DNA of 61,182 bases, filler included, from Coriobacteriales bacterium (lineage in GTDB: Bacteria; Actinomycetota; Coriobacteriia; Coriobacteriales; UBA8131): assembly GCA_031263105.1 (NCBI GenBank). It is 7 parts of 7 records of this genome, joined end to end, with 100 filler letters (N's around TTAATTAATTAA, not from the genome) between each part and the next. Parts side by side here need not be neighbours in the genome. Positions count along the whole stretch, not along the records: positions 43,976 to 61,182 come from JAISGJ010000168.1; 6 more parts are not named here. One strand, given 5' to 3'. Below the pieces are notes generated by a model. The model ran no database searches and was not told the origin of the DNA. It saw only the letters and a list, made by a program, of their open reading frames with translations. Shown here in pieces: positions 53,147 to 61,182 of this stretch (the stretch's first letter is position 1; each line of letters begins with the position of its first letter). The translations under genes and the position numbers were made by a program.

Positions 53147-54469
53147 ATGGCGACCAGGACCACCGAATACCGGGACGCAGGCAAGATCCGACAGGGTCAG
53201 AACGTGCAGGTCGGCAGTCTGCACCTGGGCACCTTGGTCGCGGTCGGCATCCTGCTGGCCCTGCTGCTTGCCGTGACAATCTTCCTCACCGTCGACAACA
53301 ACAGCAAGCTCAACGGCATCATCGAGGAGAGCGTCCAGTCCGAGCTGCTCGCCATCTGCTTCGCGGCGCGCGAGGACATCGACATGGACCTGTTCCTGTC
53401 CATAGACAACGAGGAGGACATCCAGGCGCAACGGGGGCGTTTCGACGAGGAGATCGCGCAGTTGCGCGAACTGAAGGACGGGGTCGGCGCCACCTATATC
53501 TATGCCCTCAAGGAGATAGACGGGGCCTATTACTTCATCTTCGACACCGACGAGGAGGCCGGCACCCCCGACAATCCCATATTCGACGCATACGAGATAG
53601 CCCCCGTCCATGAGCAGGCCTTCGCCGGCGAGCCTTCCGCCGACCTCATGAACGTCGAGGACGAATGGGGCAGCTACAACACCGGGGCCATCCCCCTGTA
53701 CCACGAGGGAAAGATCGTCGGCATCGTCAGCACGGATGTCGAGGACGCGTACATCGAGCGCGGAAGGCAGACCGCCACCTTCGACATGTTCCTGCTCATC
53801 AGCATCACGACCGGCAGCATAGTCGCCCTCATGGTGACGCTCGTCCTGTTGCTGCGCAGGAACCGGAGAATGCAGGAGAGCCTGTTCTTCGTCGCGAACC
53901 ACGACGCGGTCACCGGCCTCCTCAACCGCTACTACCTCTTCTCCTACCTCTCGAAGTGGGACAAGGCGCATCCGAACAGCGAGGCAAAGTTCGCCAGCCT
54001 GTTCATCGACCTCGACAACTTCAAGGTCGTGAACGACTGCGCAGGGCACGACGCAGGCGACGAGGTGCTGCAGCTCATCGCCGACTTCCTCAAGCGCTAC
54101 ACCGACGCGGATCCTTCCGACGGACCCGTCGAGAACCTGACCACCCGCATCGGTGGGGATGAGTTCGTGCAGCTCATACCCGGCATCGCCACGCCGACGC
54201 AGCTTGAGGAACGGGCGCGCACGATGCTCGCCGACTTCTCGGCCGCACCGGAGCTCCAGCCGTTCATACAGGATTACGGCATCGGCCTGAGCATCGGGGG
54301 CGCCCTGTTCCCCGCGCAGGCAACCGACCACAGCGAGCTTTTGCGGCTCGCCGACATCGCGATGTACGAGGCCAAGCACGGCGGGAAGGGCAACTACTTC
54401 CTCTACGACGAGTCGATGGGCAACGGCCCCGACGGCGCCCTCCTCGCCGTGCGCACCGCCCCCCGCTGA
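53147..54469 (+). CDS. Membrane-bound diguanylate cyclase
   Basis: Two TM segments; D.VTGLLNR, IDLDNFK.VND..GH.AGD, RIGGDEF, AD.AMY.AK. Confidence 0.92.
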   Translation: MATRTTEYRDAGKIRQGQNVQVGSLHLGTLVAVGILLALLLAVTIFLTVDNNSKLNGIIEESVQSELLAICFAAREDIDMDLFLSIDNEEDIQAQRGRFDEEIAQLRELKDGVGATYIYALKEIDGAYYFIFDTDEEAGTPDNPIFDAYEIAPVHEQAFAGEPSADLMNVEDEWGSYNTGAIPLYHEGKIVGIVSTDVEDAYIERGRQTATFDMFLLISITTGSIVALMVTLVLLLRRNRRMQESLFFVANHDAVTGLLNRYYLFSYLSKWDKAHPNSEAKFASLFIDLDNFKVVNDCAGHDAGDEVLQLIADFLKRYTDADPSDGPVENLTTRIGGDEFVQLIPGIATPTQLEERARTMLADFSAAPELQPFIQDYGIGLSIGGALFPAQATDHSELLRLADIAMYEAKHGGKGNYFLYDESMGNGPDGALLAVRTAPR

Positions 54470-54497
54470 AACAGCAAGGGAACGGCAGCGGCAGGCC

Positions 54498-55481
54498 TTA
54501 CGAAACGACGTTGCGCAGGGGCTCTCCGACGATGGCGCGGGCGATGTTCTCCCATATGGAGCGATGTGCGCGGTAGAAGGTCCCCTCGGTGATGCCTCCG
54601 ACGTGCGGCGAGAACACGATGCGCTCCGAGGCGCCGTCCGGCAGCCCCAGAAGGGGGTGGTCGGCGGCGACCGGCTCGGGATACAGGGTGTCGAGCCCTG
54701 CGGCCGCGAGATGCCCGCTCACGAGCGCGGCCGCCAGCGCCTCTTGGTCGACTATCTCCCCCCGGGCGGTGTTGATGAGGATGCCGCCCGCACACATCGC
54801 TTTGAGGAAGCCCTCGTCCACCATGCCCTGCGTCTCGTCGGTCACGGGCACGTGGAGGCTTACGATGTCGCTGGTCGCAAGCATCGTCTCCAGCGGCTCG
54901 AAGCGTGCGCCCAGCCGCCGCTCCTGCTCGTCCGTGAGCGGCGTCCGCTTGTAATAGGCCATCTCGCAGCCCCAGGCCGCAAGCCGCGCCATCGTCGCAG
55001 ACGCGATGTCGCCTGCGCCGAGGAAGCCTATCTTGCAGTCGCCGAGCTCCCGGATGCCCTCGGTCATCATCCGTTCCTTCGTCTGGATCTGCCGTCCCTG
55101 CCGCACCGCCCTGTCGCCCCCGAGCACGTCGCGCAGGACTGCGAGCATGAGGAGCACCGCCTGCTCGGCCACCGCGCCGGCGTTCACCCCCTTGCAGTTG
55201 CAGACGGGTATGCCTCTGCGACGGGCGGCCGCCAGGTCGATGGCGTTGTAGGCCACGCCCTCGGAATGGATGAGCCGGAGCTTGGGCATATGGTCTATCA
55301 GCGCAGCCGAGACGGGGCTTATGGCGTCGGCCAGGACGAAGTCGGCATCGGAGGCTGCCTCGAACATGTCCTCGTCCGACGTGCCGCGCGCGACGACGAC
55401 GCGCTCGACCTGCTCCGTCACCTCGAGCGCAGGCAGGTACTTCTCCACACGCGCCCTGTCCCCTATCACCAACAGCTTCAT
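54498..55481 (-). CDS. D-2-hydroxyacid dehydrogenase family protein
   Basis: GGAGG RBS; AVAE, GFLGAGDIA, SLHVP, LINTARG, SPHVGG. Confidence 0.92.
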   Translation of the reverse strand: MKLLVIGDRARVEKYLPALEVTEQVERVVVARGTSDEDMFEAASDADFVLADAISPVSAALIDHMPKLRLIHSEGVAYNAIDLAAARRRGIPVCNCKGVNAGAVAEQAVLLMLAVLRDVLGGDRAVRQGRQIQTKERMMTEGIRELGDCKIGFLGAGDIASATMARLAAWGCEMAYYKRTPLTDEQERRLGARFEPLETMLATSDIVSLHVPVTDETQGMVDEGFLKAMCAGGILINTARGEIVDQEALAAALVSGHLAAAGLDTLYPEPVAADHPLLGLPDGASERIVFSPHVGGITEGTFYRAHRSIWENIARAIVGEPLRNVVS

Positions 55482-55574
55482 GTCTCCTCCGTCCGTTCGA
55501 GGCGTCACCTGCTCAAGGGGCCTCCGTCGCCCCTGCCTCCATTATCGGTATATCGCAACGCACGTCAAGGAAAC

Positions 55575-55716
55575 GGTACTGCCCACACCCCACTGTCATC
55601 CCTCGGCAGGCTCGGGATGACAGTGGGCTGCGGGGCTTCGCCCCGGAGTTTACCCTGAGCGCAGCCGAAGGGCTCGGGATGACAGTGGGGGGGGGGGGGG
55701 GGGGGGTGGCCGGGAA
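55575..55716. mobile_element. GTTAC-TIR palindromic element, copy 13 (internally deleted or rearranged)
   Basis: ggtactgcccacaccccactgtcatcc ... two gctcgggatgacagtggg right ends; gagtttaccctgagcgcagccgaagg module shared with copy 2. Confidence 0.8.
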
Positions 55717-55763
55717 TAGATAGCCCGTCCGGCGACGGCAGACAGAAAGGAAGGAGGAGGCGC

Positions 55764-56102
55764 ATGGCGTTCAAAGGCTTCCTGGTGGACGTCGAGTACT
55801 GCACCGGCTGCGAGGCCTGCGTGCTCGCGTGCCAGCAGGAGAAGGGATTTTCCGAGAAGGAGAGCGGCATCAAGGTGTCCAAGCTCGGCCCCCTCAAGAC
55901 AGGCGAGAAGGAGTATCAGTACGACTTTATCCCCCAGTTCACCGACTGGTGCGACCTCTGCGAGGAGCGCGTGGCAAAGGGCAAGCAGCCCGCCTGCGCC
56001 CAGCACTGCCAGTCGCGCTCGCTCGAGTACGGCACGGTCGAGGGGCTCGCGAGGAAGGTCTTTCGCGAGAAACAGCTCGTCGTGGCGCTAAAGGGAGACT
56101 AG
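55764..56102 (+). CDS. 4Fe-4S small subunit, paralog of 10782-11105
   Basis: AGGAGG RBS; CTGCEACVLAC, CDLC, PACAQHCQ. Confidence 0.9.
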   Translation: MAFKGFLVDVEYCTGCEACVLACQQEKGFSEKESGIKVSKLGPLKTGEKEYQYDFIPQFTDWCDLCEERVAKGKQPACAQHCQSRSLEYGTVEGLARKVFREKQLVVALKGD

Positions 56103-56149
56103 GGCCCGGCAGAAGGCCGACCCTGTAACGTAGGAAGGAAGTGCACGTC

Positions 56150-57196
56150 ATGGCCGTTATCGACATCAACATCCACCATCTGCCGGAGGACCTGTTCTCC
56201 AACGAGAAGATCGGAGACGGCTTCTGGTCGACCGCCCCGCGCGCCTACGGCTGGAACGTCGAGGTGTTCGAGATGGAGTCGGGCAAGAAGCAGATGAACC
56301 TGGAGTACCCCAAGGGCTACTCCAACCTCAACTACGTCGAGGGCGACTACTCGGCGAAGTCCAAGCTCGACGCCATGGACGACGCAGGCGTGGACTTTGG
56401 CATCATGCGCGTGCCGGTCTGGCAGGAATGGCTGCGGGTGGAGACCTGCAGGGAGGTCAACGACAACGCCCACAAGATCGTCGGCGAGAGCGGAGGCCGC
56501 CTGTTCTCCACGGCCTGCGTCCCTCCGTGGGACTTCAAGGAGAACTTCTACGAGCTCGAGCGCTGCGTCAAGGACCTCGGTGCGGTAGGGGTGCAGCTCG
56601 CCTGCCACTACGGGCAGCTCTACCTCGACGACGAGGCCTTCCGCCCGATGCTCAGGAAGATCAGCGAGCTCAACGTCCCCGTGGTCGTGCACCACACGCC
56701 GCTCTCAGCCTACCCGCAGGACATCCTCGACTACCAGAACTTCCGCCGCGAGTTCGGGCGCATCAGCAGCCAGGCCACCGCTGTGGGCCGCGAGCTGTTC
56801 AGCGGCATGTTCGCGGAGCTGCCCGAACTCAGGCTCATCCACACGATGTTCGGCGGAAACTGGTTCGCCAACGCCGAGCTCCTGCGCCCCAAGAAGAGCG
56901 TCAAGAAGGAGGCCATGCAGCGCCTCTCCACGGACGACGCCGACGCCATCGTCCGTGGCATGAGGGAGAACATCTTCTTCGACATGACCCATCCGCACAG
57001 CTGGGGCAAGGAGCAGGTCGAGTGCGCGGTGAGGGTCAGCGGTGCCGACCATCTGCTCTTCGGGTCGAGCTTCCCCGTGTTCTACGGCTGGATGTCGCAG
57101 GGGGTCGAGTTCGTCAAGGGCCTCGACGTCACCGAGGAGGAGCGCGAGCTCATGCTCTTCGGCAACGCGAAGCGGATGTTCAACCTGCCGGTGTAG
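56150..57196 (+). CDS. Amidohydrolase_2 family protein (decarboxylase/hydratase-like)
   Basis: IDINIHH, MDDAGVD, ELERCVK.LG..GV, VVVHH, F.ELPELR.IH, LLFGSSFP. Confidence 0.8.
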   Translation: MAVIDINIHHLPEDLFSNEKIGDGFWSTAPRAYGWNVEVFEMESGKKQMNLEYPKGYSNLNYVEGDYSAKSKLDAMDDAGVDFGIMRVPVWQEWLRVETCREVNDNAHKIVGESGGRLFSTACVPPWDFKENFYELERCVKDLGAVGVQLACHYGQLYLDDEAFRPMLRKISELNVPVVVHHTPLSAYPQDILDYQNFRREFGRISSQATAVGRELFSGMFAELPELRLIHTMFGGNWFANAELLRPKKSVKKEAMQRLSTDDADAIVRGMRENIFFDMTHPHSWGKEQVECAVRVSGADHLLFGSSFPVFYGWMSQGVEFVKGLDVTEEERELMLFGNAKRMFNLPV

Positions 57197-57206
57197 CCGG
57201 TCGAAG

Positions 57207-57360
57207 GTTACAGTTCACACCCCCACTGTCATTCCGAGCCCCGCCGAGGAATCTTTGGACACGCAGTGTCCAACGGCAGGTCAGGGGGCCCCTCGACCTG
57301 CGGTCGACAGCTTGCGCGGTCGAGGATCCCTCGGCAGGCTCGGGATGACAGTGGGGGGTC
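57207..57360. mobile_element. GTTAC-TIR palindromic element, copy 14 (outer right end missing)
   Basis: gttacagttcacacccccactgtcattccgagc ... gctcgggatgacagtgggggg. Confidence 0.9.
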
Positions 57361-57448
57361 CGGGGAGGGGCGCAGCGACGGGCCGCGCCTCCCTCGAAGC
57401 CGAAACGACAAGGAGGGGCACGAAGCCCCCGGAACGAGGAGGAACGTT

Positions 57449-58798
57449 ATGAGCAAACCTGTAGCAGCGGCCGAAGGAGGCGCGCCCATGAGGACGCCGT
57501 CGTATGCCTGGCCCTGCCTGATCGTCTCGCTCCTGTGCGCGGTGGTCATCGTGTTCGCCTGGCAGTGGCTGCCGGGGGTCACCTTCCCCACCTTCCAGGG
57601 CTGGGAGGCACAGAACAACCCCACCTACGACGCGTCGCTGGTGGCCCACGTCATGGGCCTGGTGCCCATCGCGGCCATGATCATGGTGTTCCCCACCTCG
57701 TGGATCGTGCGCAAGTGGGGGCCCAAGGTCGGCACCGTCGTCGGGATGGCCCTGGCGATCGTCGGAACCTTGATCTCGACCCTTGCGGTGGCCAGCGACT
57801 TCATGGTCTTCCTGGTGGGGCGGTTCGTGCTGGGCTTCGGCCTGGCGACCACCGTCATCTCGGGGCCGACCTGCGTCTCCATCTGGTTCCCGCACGCCAC
57901 CCGAGGACGCGGCATGGCCATCTGGTCCACCTGGGCGCCCATCGGCATCTTCACCATCAATGCGACCGGCAGCCAGCTGTTCACCCTCGCAGGCTCGGAC
58001 ATGACCAACCTGCACTGGATAATCCTGGGCGTCCTGGCGGTGATGCTGGTCCTGTTCGTCGTCGTCTTCCGTGAGCCGCGCTCCGACGAGGCGTCCGAGG
58101 TCTCGGCCGAACGCAAGGGCTTCAAGGAGGTGCTGCCGCTCTTCAGGAAGCGCCAGCTGTGGTGCCTTATCGTCATGTTCGCGATATTCAACTATATGAA
58201 CTACGCCTTCAGCCAGTACCTGAAGAGCTGGCTTCAGCTCTCCGAGCGTGCGGGCGGCCTCGGCTGGGACGCGACGATGGCCGGACTGGTGGGCGGGGCC
58301 ATCGTGGCCTGCGGCATCCTTGCGCCCCTTGGCGGCTTCATCCTCGACAAGGCGCCGAAGCACCTGAAGTACCTCTGCGTGGTCGCCGGCATAACCGGGC
58401 TGACGCTCTGCTGCGCCTTCTCGTTCCAGAACAGCCTGCCGATGTTCGCCCTGTACGTCCTGTTCTTCTGCATCGGCAACATGTTCCTCAACGGCTGCTG
58501 CCGCCCCATGGTGCCCACCTACCTGTTCAAAGGCGGCGCAACGGCCGTGGCGCTGGGCCTCTCCTTCCTCACCTTCGGCCAGTACCTCGGCCAGAGCTTC
58601 ACGAGCTATGCGCTCGACGCCTTCAAGCACACGCTCTCCCAGCCCCCCGTCGATGCCTCGCTGGCCTTCTGGGTGCTGGTCCCCGTGGGCGCCGTCGGCG
58701 TCGTCTTGAGCCTGATGATGAAGCCGTCCAAAAAGGAGGCCGAGGCCATGAAGGCCGGTGGGGGCAAGCCGGGCGGCGGCGGGCCGGGCGGCCACTGA
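57449..58798 (+). CDS. MFS transporter
   Basis: AGGAGG RBS; about 12 TM segments; RKWGPK, GRFVLGFG, WFP...RG..M. Confidence 0.9.
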   Translation: MSKPVAAAEGGAPMRTPSYAWPCLIVSLLCAVVIVFAWQWLPGVTFPTFQGWEAQNNPTYDASLVAHVMGLVPIAAMIMVFPTSWIVRKWGPKVGTVVGMALAIVGTLISTLAVASDFMVFLVGRFVLGFGLATTVISGPTCVSIWFPHATRGRGMAIWSTWAPIGIFTINATGSQLFTLAGSDMTNLHWIILGVLAVMLVLFVVVFREPRSDEASEVSAERKGFKEVLPLFRKRQLWCLIVMFAIFNYMNYAFSQYLKSWLQLSERAGGLGWDATMAGLVGGAIVACGILAPLGGFILDKAPKHLKYLCVVAGITGLTLCCAFSFQNSLPMFALYVLFFCIGNMFLNGCCRPMVPTYLFKGGATAVALGLSFLTFGQYLGQSFTSYALDAFKHTLSQPPVDASLAFWVLVPVGAVGVVLSLMMKPSKKEAEAMKAGGGKPGGGGPGGH

Positions 58799-58941
58799 GG
58801 CCGTGCGCCGACGGTGCGACCGACAGACAAAGGTCTTACCAGGCGAGGAGTCGCCTGTAGGCAAAGGGGGGCGATGGCCAAGTCGACCAGGTTGTCGCCC
58901 CCAGGACACAAGGATATCGACAGAACCAGAAAGGAAAGAAG

Positions 58942-59472
58942 ATGAAAGAGTCAGTCAAGAGGTCGTCCCTGCTCACTTCCCTGTTCGCGCTCGTGCTCGC
59001 CCTAGGCCTGGGCCTGGGCCTCGCCGGTTGCTCGAGCCCCAGCAGCGCCGACAGCGACGCGCCGCCTGCGGCCACGCCTGCGACGGGGGACGCCGCGGAC
59101 AAGGACGAGCCCGCCGAGCCCGCCGCCGCCGAGGACACAGACGAGCCGACAGCCGGCACGGCGAGCGTCTCGGAAGAGGTGCAGGGCATGTGGTTCTCCA
59201 AGAGCGAGATCCTCCCGCCCGAACAGGAGACCGACCAGTACTCCCTTGAGGTCGCCGCCGACGGCAGCTTCGTCGTCTTGGACGGCGAGGCCGAGCTGTA
59301 CACCGGCACGCTGGAGATCACCGACCAGCCCGAGGCCGGATGGGGCGACGCCGAGATCGACGGCAAGGCCATCGCCGTCCAGCTGGTGAACGCCCAGGGC
59401 GTCTACAAGCTCATCATCAACGCCGGCGACGACTGGGACAAGGACCTCAAGAAGATCGTGTTCATGCGCTAG
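58942..59472 (+). CDS. Putative lipoprotein
   Basis: AAGGA RBS; signal peptide with LAGC lipobox; acidic linker. Confidence 0.82.
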   Translation: MKESVKRSSLLTSLFALVLALGLGLGLAGCSSPSSADSDAPPAATPATGDAADKDEPAEPAAAEDTDEPTAGTASVSEEVQGMWFSKSEILPPEQETDQYSLEVAADGSFVVLDGEAELYTGTLEITDQPEAGWGDAEIDGKAIAVQLVNAQGVYKLIINAGDDWDKDLKKIVFMR

Positions 59473-59497
59473 AAAGGCACTGGGTTAATCCCCTCGT

Positions 59498-59587
59498 CCG
59501 TCATTGCGAGGAGCGAAGCGACGAAGCAATCCAGTTCGTAACCCGCGAGTCTCCGACTGGATTGCTTCGCTTCGCTCGCAATGACGG
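59498..59587. repeat. CGTC-tagged/RPE-like palindromic repeat (different family)
   Basis: ccgtcattgcgaggagcgaagcgacgaagcaatccag ... ctggattgcttcgcttcgctcgcaatgacgg. Confidence 0.85.
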
Positions 59588-59649
59588 GATAGATTGGAGG
59601 GGCACCGAGTTGACGGACAGGAGCATCTCGGAAGGGGGGCACCGTACCG

Positions 59650-60984
59650 ATGGACAAGGACATCCGGCGCAAGGGCTGGATCGTGCTCTGCGCACTGCTC
59701 TTTGCCGGCATCATCGTCATCATGAACCAGTTCAAGGTCCCGACCTTCATGGGAGGGCTGGCCCTTGAGTTCTTCGACGGCGACATGGGGGCGACCGGTT
59801 GGCTCATGTCGATCATCGCCCTCGCCGGCATCGTCACCGCCTTTCCGGCGGCGTTCCTGATAAACCGCTTCGGGCCGCGCCCCGTCGGCCTCGTGGGCAT
59901 CGGCTTCATGGTCGTCGGCTGCACGCTGGGGGCGCTGACCGGCAGCGACGTGGCGCAGCTGCTGGCAGGGCGCGTGCTGGAGGGCATCGGCGTGGCGACG
60001 ATGGGCACGGTGGCGACGACCGTCATCTCCATGTACTTCCCTCGGGAGAAGGCCGGGCTCCCCATGGGGCTTTGGAACCTGTGGTACGTCACCGGCGCCT
60101 CGCTCGCCTACACCATCGGCGTGCCGGTGGCCCTCGCCCTCACGGGCGATGCGCACAACTGGCACGCCTGGTGGTGGTTCGCCGACGTCCTAGCCCTGCT
60201 CGCGTTCGTCGTCTTTGCGCTGGTCGTCCAAAAGCCGCGCGTCGCGCGTGACCAGGAGAGGGCGGCACGCAGACGGGCGGGCGAGGACGTCGGGCACCGC
60301 CCCTCGATCGTGGAGGGCCTCAAGGTCTGGCGCATGTGGCTGTTCGGCCTGGGCTTCTGCCTGGTGCTGGGCGCGTCTCTCTGCGTCTTCACCTGGGTTC
60401 CCACCTATGTGCAGCTCCACGAGGTCCCGCTCCTGGTCGCAGAGGGCGCCGCCCGAGGGATGGCGCCCGAGGCCGCCCTCGGCTGGGCCGCCGAGCAAGC
60501 GGGCATCACGAGCGGCTGGATGTCCTCGATAGGCTTCCTTGCCGCCATTCCCGTCTCGGTCGCCACGGGCTTCCTGCTCAAACGCTTCTCGACCATCAAG
60601 GCACGCAACACCATGGCCGTCATCGCCGCCTGCCTGGCCCTCCTCTACGTCTTCGCCTTCATGGTCCCCTACGAGTACCTGCCCTGGTACCTCGTGCTCC
60701 TGGGGCTGGAGAGCGGCTACACCTCGGGCGTCATCTGGGCCATGGTGCCCATCACCATGCCGAAGCGCATCACCATGCCCATCGGCATGGCCGTCATCAT
60801 CTTCTTCCAAGGCATCTCCAACCTGCTCTGTACGCCGGTGGTGGGCTATGTCGTCGGCAACCTGGCCGACCCGCATTGGGAGAACGTCGCGCCGCTGGTG
60901 CTCGGCTGCGTGCTGGCCGGCATGGCCTGCTGGCTCGTCTACGGCGTCACGAAGGCCCCGCCCTTCGAAGAGGATGCGGCGTAA
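59650..60984 (+). CDS. MFS transporter
   Basis: About 12 TM segments; NQFKVP, NRFGPR, GRVLEGIG, FP.EK.G.PMG.W. Confidence 0.9.
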   Translation: MDKDIRRKGWIVLCALLFAGIIVIMNQFKVPTFMGGLALEFFDGDMGATGWLMSIIALAGIVTAFPAAFLINRFGPRPVGLVGIGFMVVGCTLGALTGSDVAQLLAGRVLEGIGVATMGTVATTVISMYFPREKAGLPMGLWNLWYVTGASLAYTIGVPVALALTGDAHNWHAWWWFADVLALLAFVVFALVVQKPRVARDQERAARRRAGEDVGHRPSIVEGLKVWRMWLFGLGFCLVLGASLCVFTWVPTYVQLHEVPLLVAEGAARGMAPEAALGWAAEQAGITSGWMSSIGFLAAIPVSVATGFLLKRFSTIKARNTMAVIAACLALLYVFAFMVPYEYLPWYLVLLGLESGYTSGVIWAMVPITMPKRITMPIGMAVIIFFQGISNLLCTPVVGYVVGNLADPHWENVAPLVLGCVLAGMACWLVYGVTKAPPFEEDAA

Positions 60985-60987
60985 GGG

Positions 60988-61179
60988 GTTACTGCTCACG
61001 CCCCCGCTGCCGCCCCGGGCCCCCCACTGTCATTCCGAGCGCAGCGAAGCGGAGCCGAGGAATCTTTGGACACGCAGTGTCCAACCGCAGGTCAAGGGGC
61101 CCTTCGAGCTACGGTCGACCGCTTACGCGGTCGAAGATCCCTCGGCAGGCTCGGGATGACAATGAATGTGAACAGTAAT
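60988..61179. mobile_element. GTTAC-TIR palindromic element, copy 15
   Basis: gttactgctcacgcccccgctgccgccccgggccccccactgtcattccgagc ... gctcgggatgacaatgaatgtgaacagtaat. Confidence 0.9.
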
Positions 61180-61182
61180 CCC

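Overview
This window is not one locus. It is seven high-GC contigs joined by 100-nt N linkers that each carry TTAATTAATTAA: 1-9969, 10070-18512, 18613-23473, 23574-28112, 28213-34318, 34419-43875 and 43976-61182. Gene content (Tat-less DMSO-reductase-family molybdoenzymes with small 4Fe-4S partners, InlB B-repeat surface protein, DUF6273-like protein, MurT/GatD) suggests a Coriobacteriia (Eggerthellaceae-like) draft genome; this is inference. Housekeeping blocks: ftsZ-yggS-sepF-proC-yggT, rpsL-rpsG-fusA-rpsJ-rplC-rplD (no tuf), truA, eno, asnB-murT-gatD. Accessory blocks: an ACP/acyl-ligase/LuxE/LuxC/SDR operon, two molybdoenzyme genes, a PaxB-like membrane cyclase, a two-component system, and a lower-GC AbiE + type I R-M island starting at a tRNA-like fragment. 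The strongest unexplained signal is non-coding. About 15 copies (plus one stub) of a 140-400 bp self-complementary element carry GTTAC...GTAAC terminal inverted repeats and mix-and-match nested hairpin modules, and several are flanked by 8-bp direct repeats. One copy appears to interrupt a GNAT gene while supplying an ATGA restart, and one reads in frame at the 5' end of yggS. An unrelated palindrome is translated inside MurT. An IS30-like relic appears to have decayed almost entirely by A:T to G:C changes without gaining a stop codon. All family assignments come from motif recognition by eye; no searches were run.
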